Assembly: GCF_006345805.1 (NCBI RefSeq)
Contig: NW_021835821.1
Location: 1 to 38,317 of the forward strand
Length of the DNA stretch: 38,317 bases
Source of the DNA: Octopus sinensis
Taxonomy: Eukaryota
Reading direction: 5' to 3'
Position numbers and translations under genes: made by a program. How positions within the stretch are numbered: the first letter of the stretch is position 1; each line of letters starts with the position of its first letter. Below the pieces are notes generated by a model. The model did not search any database. It was not told where the DNA came from and saw only the letters and a program-made list of their open reading frames with translations. Positions 11,555 through 22,945 of this stretch are shown here, piece after piece.

Positions 11555-12551
11555 TATATGAGCAGAAGGCTATGCATGGATATGTTTGTAGAAAGCTCAG
11601 AGATGATAGTAACATTGATCATCAAAACAGTCTATCATGGACCAAAGCCGGATTAGTACATCCCATTTTGAAGATTATGCATTTGCAATTCAGGAACAAG
11701 AAATATCAGCCAAATACCTGATGCACAAAAGGGATAGAGATGAAGGAAAAGCAGTAAAATGTGACAACCGATGCAGACTTTGTGGAGTCCACACTGAAGA
11801 TATCACCCACATCATAAGCAGTTGTCCAAAAATGTCATCACAGTATTATATACCGATGAGACATGATATTATAGCTAGAACACTCTATAATGAAATCCAT
11901 CGGAAGGATAACTCCAGAAGACAAAGAAATATGAGACAACAGTGTGGCAGAATCCATAGCCACTCATAATAAAAAGGAGTACTGGTGGAATGTTCTAGTG
12001 AAGACCTCAATAAAATGTAAACACAACAGACCTGATATAATGATTTGGGATAGGAAGAGATACTGTACAGATGTAGGAATTCGCTGCACAGCATATATTG
12101 TTATCAAGCTGAAGATCGGTGTAAAAGAGAATATCTATTGAGAAATCTGTAGTTACTCTATCCAGATTACAAGTTCAGGTTTATACCTGTAATTATTGGG
12201 GCCCTAGCATATGTAACACTCTACCTAAATACCAATCTTGAGAAATTAGGATTCTCAACACCAGAAAGGAGAAAGCTAATTCGAAGACTACAGATCCAAT
12301 CCATTAGTGGAACTGTAAAAGATCTGTAAACCTTTCCAGACGTTTATCATTTAAATATATGTGAGCAAGTCTAGATATGTATTTATATGTATGGGAGCAC
12401 ATACAGAAAACAAAAAATACATACATGCAAACAAACAAAGAAAAATACCTGGTGGTTGATGTTGAAATTTCAATGAGAGAGCTTTGGATGTAGATTGGAA
12501 ACGGGATCTTTCTCTATTGGCAAGAATTCTTGAAATAAAACTGAACAATGA
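11555..12551 (+). mobile_element. 5'-truncated, frameshifted R4/Dong-like non-LTR retrotransposon (CCHC knuckle, restriction-like endonuclease, 3' UTR)
   Basis: EQKAMHGY, AIQEQEI, CRLCG-x4-DITHIISSC, RHDIIA, NRPDIMIWDRK, FIPVIIGAL across frames; flanked by catacataca at 11545-11554 and 12552-12561. Confidence 0.85.
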
Positions 12552-12738
12552 CATACATACACACCCCTCAAAGGCAAGCAACATCCCTATATACATAAAA
12601 TTAAATATATGAATAATTACATACGTATATATCTGTGCACGTGTATGTGTGTTGCTTATGTATGATGCTGTCTTTCACTGAATTGGCAATCTAAACATTA
12701 CACACAAATGTTTATGACTTATAAACACACACACACAA

Positions 12739-12769
<31 letters not shown>

Positions 12770-13635
12770 CACACACACACTCACACACACACACTCACAC
12801 ACACACAAATACACACACACACACACACACCACACACACACACGAATGGCTGTATGTATACATACATAGTACTGTCATGTTTTAATCGTTGCAAAATGGT
12901 GGCAACCAATACATTCAAAGCTGCTAACAACGAGAATCATCTGTCGTTCATATTTCGTGTATATGTTTCTTTTTTCATTTCCATGCGTGTTACAATGTGT
13001 GTGTGAGTGATCGCCGCGCGTTTTCGTATGTGTTGATATTACTTGTCTTTGGTATTATGTTATATTATTTTCTTATGTTTGTTTTCTGAACGTGAAACCA
13101 AACAAAAGCAATGAGATGAGCTTCTCCGATCGTCTTCTGTTTCTTTAATTTAATAATGCGTGAAATTGGTGCCTTCTGTAAATACTGATATTATTACGAT
13201 CTGAAAGAAATTTTTAGCAAAGAAACATAGTGTCGGATGGTGGAGGTAGCAATGGCGGTGAGGCTGGAATAGTGGTGTGTCTGGTGGTGTATGTTGTTGG
13301 GTGTAAGGGAAAAAGGGGAAAAAATAAAATAGATTGTAAAAGAAATAGATAAAGGAAGAAATACTTAAGAGTATAAAAGGAAGAAAGAAAAATTAAAAGA
13401 TTAAAACAGAAACAATGCTGGAAAGAATGGAAGGAAGAGAAAGTGTCAAGAAATGCTAAGAAATTATTTACCATATATATATATATATTATATATATATA
13501 TATTATATATATATACATACATACATACATACATACATACATGCATACATACATATACATATATTTAAATATATATACATATATATATATGTATATACAT
13601 GCATATATATATATATATACGTACACATATATACA

Positions 13636-13680
<45 letters not shown>

Positions 13681-14460
13681 TATATACATACATACATACA
13701 TATACATATATTTAAATATATATACATATATATATATGTATATACATGCATATATATATATATATATACCCACATATGTACGCCAGCAAACACAGATATA
13801 TGCACACAAGCCTACATGCACACATGCTTACGTACTTACATACAGATGTATGTACCTATAATTATATATATATATATATTATATATATATATATACGTAC
13901 ACATATATACATGCATACATACATACATACATACATGCATACATACATACATACATACATACATACATACATACATACATACATACATACATACATACAT
14001 ACATACATACACACATGCATACAAAATTGTGGTGTCTGCTACATAAAACCAAATTGATAAAGAGAAGAATGTAAAATACAATAATCATAATATTGTTACG
14101 AAGAATTTATGAATTGAAAAATAACGTTAAGAAGAAAGTACGCAAAAAAATAAACAATAAAATTAACAACAACAATAATATTTTTATCAATCGCTTATTA
14201 TGATATGGGAATGGTTTAGGTCGAGTGGTTTTCTATTGCAATATTTTCGAATCTTATGAAAGCAATTTCTCTGCCATTGTAATGCGGTTGTGTTAGAAAG
14301 GTCAAAGGTTACAGATTCGTTCAAGTTCTATATAGAAGAAACAGTGGATTAAACTGATTCCAGTTCTCACCTGATGTATTACTGTATCGATCAAAGGTGC
14401 CTGTTAGGTTTAATGATTAAATATAAGGATGGTTGTAAGCCAGTACTGATTAGTAGAGTA

Positions 14461-15160
14461 CGAACAGAACTTCAGATTTAACAGGGCGTCATACGAAAAG
14501 AACTTCAAATTTAATAGGGCGTACGAATAGGAGTTTAAATTTAATTGGACGTACGAAATGGACTTCAAATTTAATAGGGCGTACGAAAATAACTTGAAAT
14601 TTAATAGGGCGTACGAACAGAACTATAAATTTAATAGGGCGTACGAAAAGGACTTGAAATTTAATAGGGCGTAAGAGAACTTCAAGTTTAATAGGGCGTA
14701 CGAGAAGAACTTCAAACTTAATAGGGCGTACGAACAGAACTTCAAATTTAATAGGGCGTACGAACAGAACCTTAAATTTAATAGGGCGTACGAACAGAAC
14801 TTCCAATTTAATTGAGCGTACGAAAAGAACTTCCAATTTAATTGGGCGTACGAACAGAACCTTAAATTTAGTTGGGTGAACATAAAGGACTTCAAATTTA
14901 ACACGGCGTACGAAAAGGGCTTCAAATTTAATAGGGCGTAGGGTGTACGAGAAGAACTTCAAATTTAATAAGGCATACAAAAATAACTTCAAATTTAATT
15001 GGGTGTACGAACAAGACTTCAAATTTAATTGGGTGTACGAAAAAAAAAACCTTCAAATTTAATTGATCGTACTAACAGAACTTCAAATTGAATAGGGCGT
15101 ACGAACAGAACTTCAAAGTAAATAGTGCGTACGAACAGAATTTCAAATTTAATTGGGCGA
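14461..15160. repeat. 30-bp minisatellite, about 23 units, consensus cgaacagaacttcaaatttaatagggcgta
   Basis: Direct head-to-tail units with point variants and a few indels; no spacers. Confidence 0.95.
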
Positions 15161-15299
15161 TAGATTTGGTTGAGATCGAACGCAGTTCCTCTCTAATTAA
15201 TATTGTTTCATCTCCAGTATAAGGAAAGTCAAATTTGAAGTTGATGTTATTCGATGCCAATGTGTTACAAAAATCATGGGTCCATAAAGGTAAGTTATA

Positions 15300-15650
15300 A
15301 TCGACAAAACGGTTTCTTACGAATCTCTACGTTTTGAGTTCAAATTCTGCCGATGTTGACTTGGCTTTTCCGCCTTTCGGGGTTGATAAAAATAAACACC
15401 AGCTGAGCATTTGAAATCACTATTATTATTATTATTAGTAGTAGTAGTAGTAGTAGTTGTAGTAGTAGTAGTAGTACCGAGGCGACGAGCTGACAGTGTT
15501 GATAAACTACTTCGCAGGCTTTCTTAAAGTTCTTTTACATTCTGAGTTCAAATTTCGCCGAGGTAAAATTGGCCTTTCATCCTTTCGGGAGTCGGTAAAG
15601 TATTTAAAGAGATCCCAACACAGGATCGAAACTTGTTCGGTCGATCTTTC
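15300..15650 (+). mobile_element. Two S1-type SINE fragments separated by ATT/GTA repeats
   Basis: S1 core at about 15335 and 15540. Confidence 0.7.
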
Positions 15651-15697
15651 TATTTCTCTCTATCAATATATTATATATAAAGACATTATGTTTATAT

Positions 15698-15752
<55 letters not shown>

Positions 15753-15986
15753 TACCGTGCAGCGTTTGTTAAATATCTAAGACGTCCTTTAAATTAGCGC
15801 ATTGGGTTGTGACCAAACGTTCTTATGGTTATAAGTATGTACGTATGTATATATATAGGCATATACATAGTCACACCCCCACCCCCACCCACACACACCT
15901 TCTAACACACACTTCAATATATAAGTGTGTGTGTGTGTGGTATAATTTAGAACCAACAGTAAAAGTTGTTATAGTAATAGGAGCAC

Positions 15987-16068
<82 letters not shown>

Positions 16069-16135
16069 GTATATGTTTCGTTTTTGGATTTGGTTTGCAA
16101 GATTCTTTATATGAATTAGCGTGTTGAAGCAAATT

Positions 16136-16401
16136 CTATTGTGCCTGGGGAGAGTCATTTTCTTTTTGTGCCTTATTATGTAACACACTCACTGGTAAAA
16201 TTTCCACGTTTTTCTTATTTTTATTGTCCTAAAATTTCCATTGTGTCTTGCAACCTTTTCAAGAGTCAAAACTATTGAAAATGTTGCAAGATGCAACGAA
16301 AAGTTTAGGAAAATAAAAATAAGAAAAACGTGGAAATTTTACCGGTGAGTGTGTTACATAATAAGGCACAAAAAGAAAATGACTCTCCCCAGGCACAATA
16401 G
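16136..16401. mobile_element. Foldback MITE, about 266-bp near-palindrome
   Basis: Arms of about 127 bp (ctattgtgcctggggagagtca... / ...tgactctccccaggcacaatag) around a 12-nt loop; TA on the right flank. Confidence 0.8.
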
Positions 16402-16437
16402 TATATATATATATATATGTATATAAATATATATATA

Positions 16438-16652
16438 TAAGGTGAGCAGTCAGAATCGTTACAGTCCCGGTCAAAATGCTTGGAGGCATTTCGTCCGTCT
16501 TTCAGTTCTGAGTTCAAATTCCGCCGAGGTCAACCTTGCTTTTCCTCCCTTTGGGTGGTCGATAAAATAACAACCAGTTGAGCACTGGGGTCGATGTTAT
16601 CGACTTGCCCCAACCCCACGAAATTTCTGGCCTTGTGCCAAAATTTGAAACA
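16438..16652 (+). mobile_element. S1-type SINE
   Basis: Head, core and ggccttgtgcc tail present. Confidence 0.75.
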
Positions 16653-16670
16653 ATATGTGTGTGTGTGTAT

Positions 16671-16706
<36 letters not shown>

Positions 16707-16755
16707 ATATAATATATATATAATACACACACACACACATACACACACACACACG

Positions 16756-16792
<37 letters not shown>

Positions 16793-18298
16793 TATATATA
16801 CATGTATGTATTACAGAAATATTTTGTTGTAAGGGACAAAGCAGATGATAGCATGTCCCTTATAGACATATGCGTATCTTTGTTATGTATGGGTGTACAT
16901 ATGCATAGACGTACATTCATGTATATAAGAATGTGCGCATAGGCCTCTACAGCTGTAGAAAAATAAAATCAAACAACAGAGAATGAAGTCCCTTTTAGTA
17001 GCAGTTTGATCATTGACTACGATTCTGTTTCTTGTATTTGTTGCAAACACATTAAAGATTCTGCTAAAGAATCTACTTCAGAATGTTCCAAGCACCATTG
17101 TTAAATCGCTTGGTGTAACCGATATGGCTTTTACGAATGATATGAATTGCATCTTATATAATATTCCCTTCGATATATACAGGGCGATTCAAAATGAATG
17201 GTACAAAAAGAAAGTGTACATGTCAGAGTTCTACCCAATATATTTCTTTTTTATACCATTCATTTTCAACCATCCTGTATAATTGACATCTTTGTCCTCT
17301 GTAAGAAATTACTAAATAGATACCCTAGCATTTATTTTTCGATTTTATAGATAAACAAATATTTCGGTGTAGTGTTGATTATATAGTGCTTTTGTAACAA
17401 TAAACTGCTTAAAAAGCATCGTTTTATCGTTAACAGGCGTTCAGCGATTTCCTTTAGTTAAATATGTTATATAATAACTACACGCTAACTACACGTTCTT
17501 CATATATCATCTAAAATATCTCGAAACATTCATGAAATATTCATTAGTTTCAGCAAACGCTTTCATACTTCAAAATTCTCAGAGTCCATTCCAATTTCCA
17601 AAGTAGCCATCGGATTGGAAGGTTACATCATTCATATCCACTATCAGTTTGTTTGATCTAAACTGTATAGTTGATAATCTTTCCCCCTGTAACACATTAG
17701 ATATCTCTCCTAACACATGTTTCCATATTCTATATTTCATTAGAGATCTCTTATCCTTGACATCCCAAATTATCTGCTATGAAATATTATGGAAATTATT
17801 TCATATGTTTCATGTTAAAGATGTGAAGTATCTATCTATTTATGTGCCGAAGACATTTTAATCAATTACATTATATTTCTTTGATAGTGAAAATTTTATC
17901 GCCAACTTTCTTAGAAATATGTATTTTGGTATCACTTCAATGAGATGTGTAGAAGGTAAGGTACTTAAAACTATTTAATGTGTCGTATGAGAGTCGCAGC
18001 TGGCTGAAGCGAAACTGTGAAGAGTTCTTATCTCTTGCCCGGCGTTACTGTCTCTATAGTAAAGATACGTAACTCAACTTTCGTTGAACTCAAATGTAAA
18101 TAAGTAGCTAAGAATGTCACAGGAGTAAAATGAAAAAGCATTTTGTGATCGACTAGTATGTTGGTAACTTGTAATATAGAGACGGAATTCCATCACCGGA
18201 TACATAAAGTTATTAACAGTGAAATGCTTGTCGCATTGAGCTTCCACGCATAGATGATTCCATCAAGTGAGAGAGTTAAAGAAATCGTTTCTAATTGT

Positions 18299-18779
18299 GG
18301 ATCTTTTCGGTTTGAACGGCAGTTTTTAACATAATTTCTAGGTAACTAAAACATTTTTAACTTCGTATACTGGTAGAATGTGTTTATAAAACATCTTTCT
18401 CTGTTGGCTTTATTGAGAAAATTCTATAGTTTGTAAGATATTTGTTGTTTTTTTCCTTCAATTTCTGCAATTTCAACCAATCAATGACGTCTATTAAGTT
18501 AAAAAGCATTCTGTGCCGTATGAATATGTCCCTCGTTTAAGAAACAGATTGGGTTTATTTACATTCGTGAAGAAAAAAAGATACTCTTCCACCACCCTTA
18601 ACCCTAACCCTAACCCTAACCCTAACCCTGACCCTAATCCTAACTAACTCTAACTGACCCTAACTAACCCTAACCCTAAAACAGATTGAAATGCAATAGA
18701 TCGATACTAGGGTCATAATTATGGGTGACAATTTCATATGACACCGCTAGAAAAACTGCCGTTCAAACCGAAAAGATCC
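18299..18779. mobile_element. Non-autonomous TIR element (MITE), Merlin-like, with internal telomere-type repeats
   Basis: Perfect 29-bp TIR ggatcttttcggtttgaacggcagttttt; flanks ctaattgt/ccaattgt (7/8, 8-bp TSD); (TAACCC)n at about 18597-18678. Confidence 0.85.
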
Positions 18780-18852
18780 CCAATTGTCACTTTGTCTTAC
18801 CTCTAAAACTTAAATATCTAATTCCTAAGTACGGTGGGATGCTTAAATGCTC

Positions 18853-19030
18853 CTTAATTTGAGTAAAATAAAATACAAGAGGATCAATTAATCATGATTT
18901 AATTCAACATATCCCCCTTTCAGATTCACACTCTTACTGCAGAAATCCTTCAATTGTTCAAAGCCTTGTAAAAGAACTCGGAAGTTTGGGCATCCTATCT
19001 GGCCTTTCGCAATACCCTTAAAGCCAGCGG
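18853..19030 (-). pseudogene. Candidate exon (18938-19024/19030) plus 85-nt GT-AG intron (18853-18937), copy B
   Basis: Encodes GFKGIAKGQIGCPNFRVLLQGFEQLKDFC; 15/29 identical to copy A with the same splice positions and phase. Confidence 0.5.
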
Positions 19031-19208
19031 CTTTTCAGTATCTCTCCCGTAAGTTTCAATTTCGAGGCAGAGAGAATAATTGATTTGATCAACTTCAGTG
19101 TCGTATTTATTTTATTAATACTGAACAGCAATGTGTACTCGTTTTCGTTGTAATGATTTAAACGGAAGGAAAAATATCTAAAGGCGTATTAAAATTGACA
19201 TGTAGCCG

Positions 19209-19620
19209 TAGGAGGGGCTGTGTGCTAGGTAGCTTGCTTACGAACCACATGGTTCCGGGTTCAGTCCCAATGCGTGGCACCTTGGGCAAGTAAGTATCTT
19301 CTACTATAGCCTCGGGCCGACCAAAGCCTTGTGAGTGGATTTGGTAGACGGAAACTGAGAGAAGCCCGTCGTATGTATATATATATATATATATATATGC
19401 ATGTGTATATGTTTGTGCGTCTGTGTTTGTCCCCCCAACATCGCTTGTCAACCGATGCTGGTGTGTTTACATCCCCGTAACTTAGCGGTCCGGCAAAAGA
19501 CAGGTAGAATAAGTACTAGGCTTACAAAGAATAAGTCCTGGGATCGATTTTCTCGACTAAAGGCGGTGCTCAAGCATGTCCGCAGTCAAATGACTGAAAT
19601 AAGTAAAAGTGTAAAAGAGA
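19209..19620 (+). mobile_element. tRNA-derived SINE (family S2, internal TA/TG microsatellite)
   Basis: ggctgtgtg head, ggttcagtccca B-box, 3' ggtgctc.agcatg.ccgcagtcaaatgactgaaa tail. Confidence 0.85.
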
Positions 19621-19624
19621 ATAT

Positions 19625-22600
19625 ATTGATTTCAAATTTTGACAACTGGTACTTGTTTTATTGACCCCGAAAGTATGAAAGTTAAAGTCGACCACAGTGG
19701 AATTTGAACTCTGAGCATATAAACGGATGACTTGCAGCCTAGCATTTTGCCTGGCCAACGTTTGAACTCACATCGTAAAGAGGGACATAATGCCGCTCAG
19801 CATTTTGCCCGGCGCTGTAATGCTGCTGCCCGCTCGCTGCCTTGTCAATACGTATTGAAATGTGAACTTATATGTTTATCAATGTTAGTCATATGTCTCT
19901 TGCAAGACATTAATTGTTGTATTAATATATTTTATTATTTATTCCAGAGAGAACGTCTCTCCTATGACCCATTGCAGAGTCTGCAAGACTGATGGAAAAG
20001 AGAGATGGATGTATCTTCCGACTGGAGATTTAGGTCGAATTCTTGCTACAGAATGACCTCTACTAAATGTACCCAAGATGCATTCGGTGGTTGTACGACT
20101 GATGTAGACCACGGCGGGGTTTGAATTCAGAAAACAAGAACAATATAACAAGGCGTCCAGTTGAACTTACAGTTCCACTTATCCACCGCCCTTCATTAGT
20201 ACTTTAGCTATCGAACCGCGAATGGATGAAAGACAAAGTTGATCACTGCAGCATTTGAACTCAGGGAGTTGGAACCAATAGTGAAAATCTCCAGCGATAC
20301 TGCTAATTCGCCGCTGAGCTTTGGATCTGTTGTGTCGACGCCCCAGACGATGAAGTAGACTAGTCCAATACGTAGATATAGAAGAAGTCTAGACGTCAGA
20401 AAAGAGTGGAGTAGTAGAGGCATCCGAACGTGCGACATAACAGGATCTTGCATCATTAATATCATTTAGATAAGGTGCATTAGCGGATTGGAATACATAT
20501 GTGTATGCATATATATATATATATATATATAATATATATATATTTCTTTACTATCCACAAGGGGCTAAACATAGAGGGGAAAAACAAGGACAGACAAAGG
20601 GATTAAGTCGATTACATCGACCCCGGTGCGAAATTGGTACTTTATTTATCGACACCGAAAGGATGAAAGGCAAAGTCGACCTCGGTGGAATTTGAACCCA
20701 GAACGTAACGTCAGGCGAACTACCGCTAAGCATTTCGCCCGGCGCGCTAACGTTTCTGTGTGTGTGTTTGTGTGTGTGTATGTGTGTACGTGGATGCATG
20801 TATGGATGTGTTATATATACACTGTGGAAGATGATTCTAATATTTAGGGATACTGTAAGCGGCAAGCTGACAGAAACGTTAGCACGCCGAGCGAAATGCT
20901 TAGTAGTATTTCGTCTGTCTTTACGTTCTGAGTTCAAATTCCGCCGAGGTCGACTTCGCCTTTCATCCTTTCGAGGTCGATAAATTAAGTACCGGTTGCG
21001 TACAGGGGCCTTATGCCTAGAGTAGAAAAGAATATTTAGGGATACTGTACGGCGGCGAACTGACAGAATCGTTAACACGCCAGACAGAATGTTCAGCGCC
21101 ATTTCGTTCGTCTTTACTGTCTGAGTTTAAATTCCGCCGCGGCCGACTTTTCCTTTTATCCTTTCGGGGTCGATAAAATAATTACTAGTTAATCACTGGG
21201 ATCCATGCAATCGATTTCCCTTTTCCTCCAAATTGCTGGCCTTGTACCAAAATTTAAAATCAATATTTCTGGACACTGTTTTCAGATGGTTATTGTTGTT
21301 CAAACTATGGTCCAACCGCTCAGGATATTGTCATATACTCTGCTTAATGTCATCAGCCTAGCCTGTTACATCAGTGAATGCCACTGACCTGAGATGATTC
21401 CAATAAGTGGTTTCTTTGTCGTACACACATACACACACACGTGTAGATACATGTGCACGCGCACGCGCACGCACTATAATGCAGTTATAATTACCGGTTG
21501 TACAAAGAGAAAGCAGATCCTGATTTATTAAGAAGCTAGTGAATATGCCAAAATGTCGTTCATTCATTCCTATCACTTCAGCTGACTGTTAATTCCGATG
21601 ACTTTCAAGAACCGTCTTTAGTTTCTACATAATGCTTTCCAATTTTGGCAAAACGGCCAGAAATTTTGAGGGAAAGGCGGAGTCGAGTGCATCGACACAA
21701 GTACTTCAACGCTACTTACTTTATCCCAAATGGATGAAATGCAAAGATGACCTCGGCAGCATTTGAATTTAAAACGTAAAAAGCCGGAAGGAAAGCAGCT
21801 AAACATTTTGCTCTGCGCGCTACCGATTCTGTTAGCTCACCGCTTACAAATTTATAAATACTGCAATCTTTATTGCTGAATTCACTAAACAGAGTTGATT
21901 TGACGAATAATTCTTTGGTTTTAATGCAGTTTTAATTGGTTTATCTCGTTAAAAGACAGTTCTTTCAGCAAAATTAAGTACAATTTTCAGGGGAACCTTT
22001 ATTTCTCAATCGTTTATCACTTCACAAAGCAGAGAGATATATACGAGTCTTATGGGTTCTTAAGATTTAAAAACTGATTCTCGGACATGTCAAGCAAAAT
22101 CCTTTTTATTGGAATCTTATAAATGAAATTAAATATGCTGTACATCTTAAATACGATATTACATTTTTGTCAATTGAAAGGCGGCGAGCTGGTGGGAAGG
22201 TTAGCACGCCGGGCAAAATGCTTAAAGGCATTTCGTCTGCCGTTACGTTCCAAGTTCAAATTCCGCCGAGGTCGACTTTGCTTTTCATCCTTTCGGGGTC
22301 GATTAAATAAGTACCAATTACGCACTGGGGTTGATATAAGCGACTTAATCCGTTTGTCCTTCCTTGTTTGACCCTTTTTACTTAGTCCCTTGTGGGTAGT
22401 AAAGAAATAGGTATTTCATCTGTCTTTAAATTCTGAGTTCAAATTCAGCCGACGGGTCGATAAATTAAGTACCAGATGCGTACGAGGGTCGATCTAATCG
22501 ACTGACCCCTTCCCCAAAAATTTCGGGTCTTGTGCCTAGAGTAGAAAAAAGAATTGTTAGCATACCGAGCAAAATGCTTAGTGGTATTTTGTTCGTTTTA

Positions 22601-22630
22601 CGTTCTGAGTCCAAATTCCGCCTACGTTGA
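19625..22630. mobile_element. Dense cluster of S1-type SINE copies in both orientations (about 19625-19835 -, 20190-20350 -, 20550-20760 -, 20855-21035 +, 21048-21270 +, 21615-21848 -, 22178-22400 +, 22405-22550 +, 22555-22630 +)
   Basis: Recurrent gcggcgagctg head and ttctgagttcaaattccgccgaggtcgactttgcctttcatcctttcggggtcgataaa core. Confidence 0.85.
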
Positions 22631-22635
22631 GTTCT

Positions 22636-22647
22636 ATCTATCTATCC

Positions 22648-22728
<81 letters not shown>

Positions 22729-22738
22729 GCTATCTATG

Positions 22739-22808
<70 letters not shown>

Positions 22809-22920
22809 CCTACCTACATATGTATCCATCTATCCATCTTTCTATCTATTTCTCTGTCTCTCTGTCTCTCTCTGTATCTTCTCCCTCTCCATCTTATCTC
22901 TCCTTCTCTATCTCTCTCTC
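22636..22920. repeat. (TATC)n then (TC)-rich tract directly 5' of the LINE
   Basis: Seen directly in the sequence. Confidence 0.9.
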
Positions 22921-22945
22921 TGTTCCTATATTTCACTAGAAGAAA

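Noticed and set aside
14461-15160. CRISPR array
   Set aside because: Units are contiguous with no unique spacers, there are no cas genes, and the context is eukaryotic.
17000-17800. Penelope RT (RY.DD-like) or GIY-YIG remnant
   Set aside because: Requires ad hoc frameshifts and the other motifs are missing.
18597-18678. True telomere or chromosome fusion scar
   Set aside because: The tract lies inside a TIR element that has a second copy in the window.
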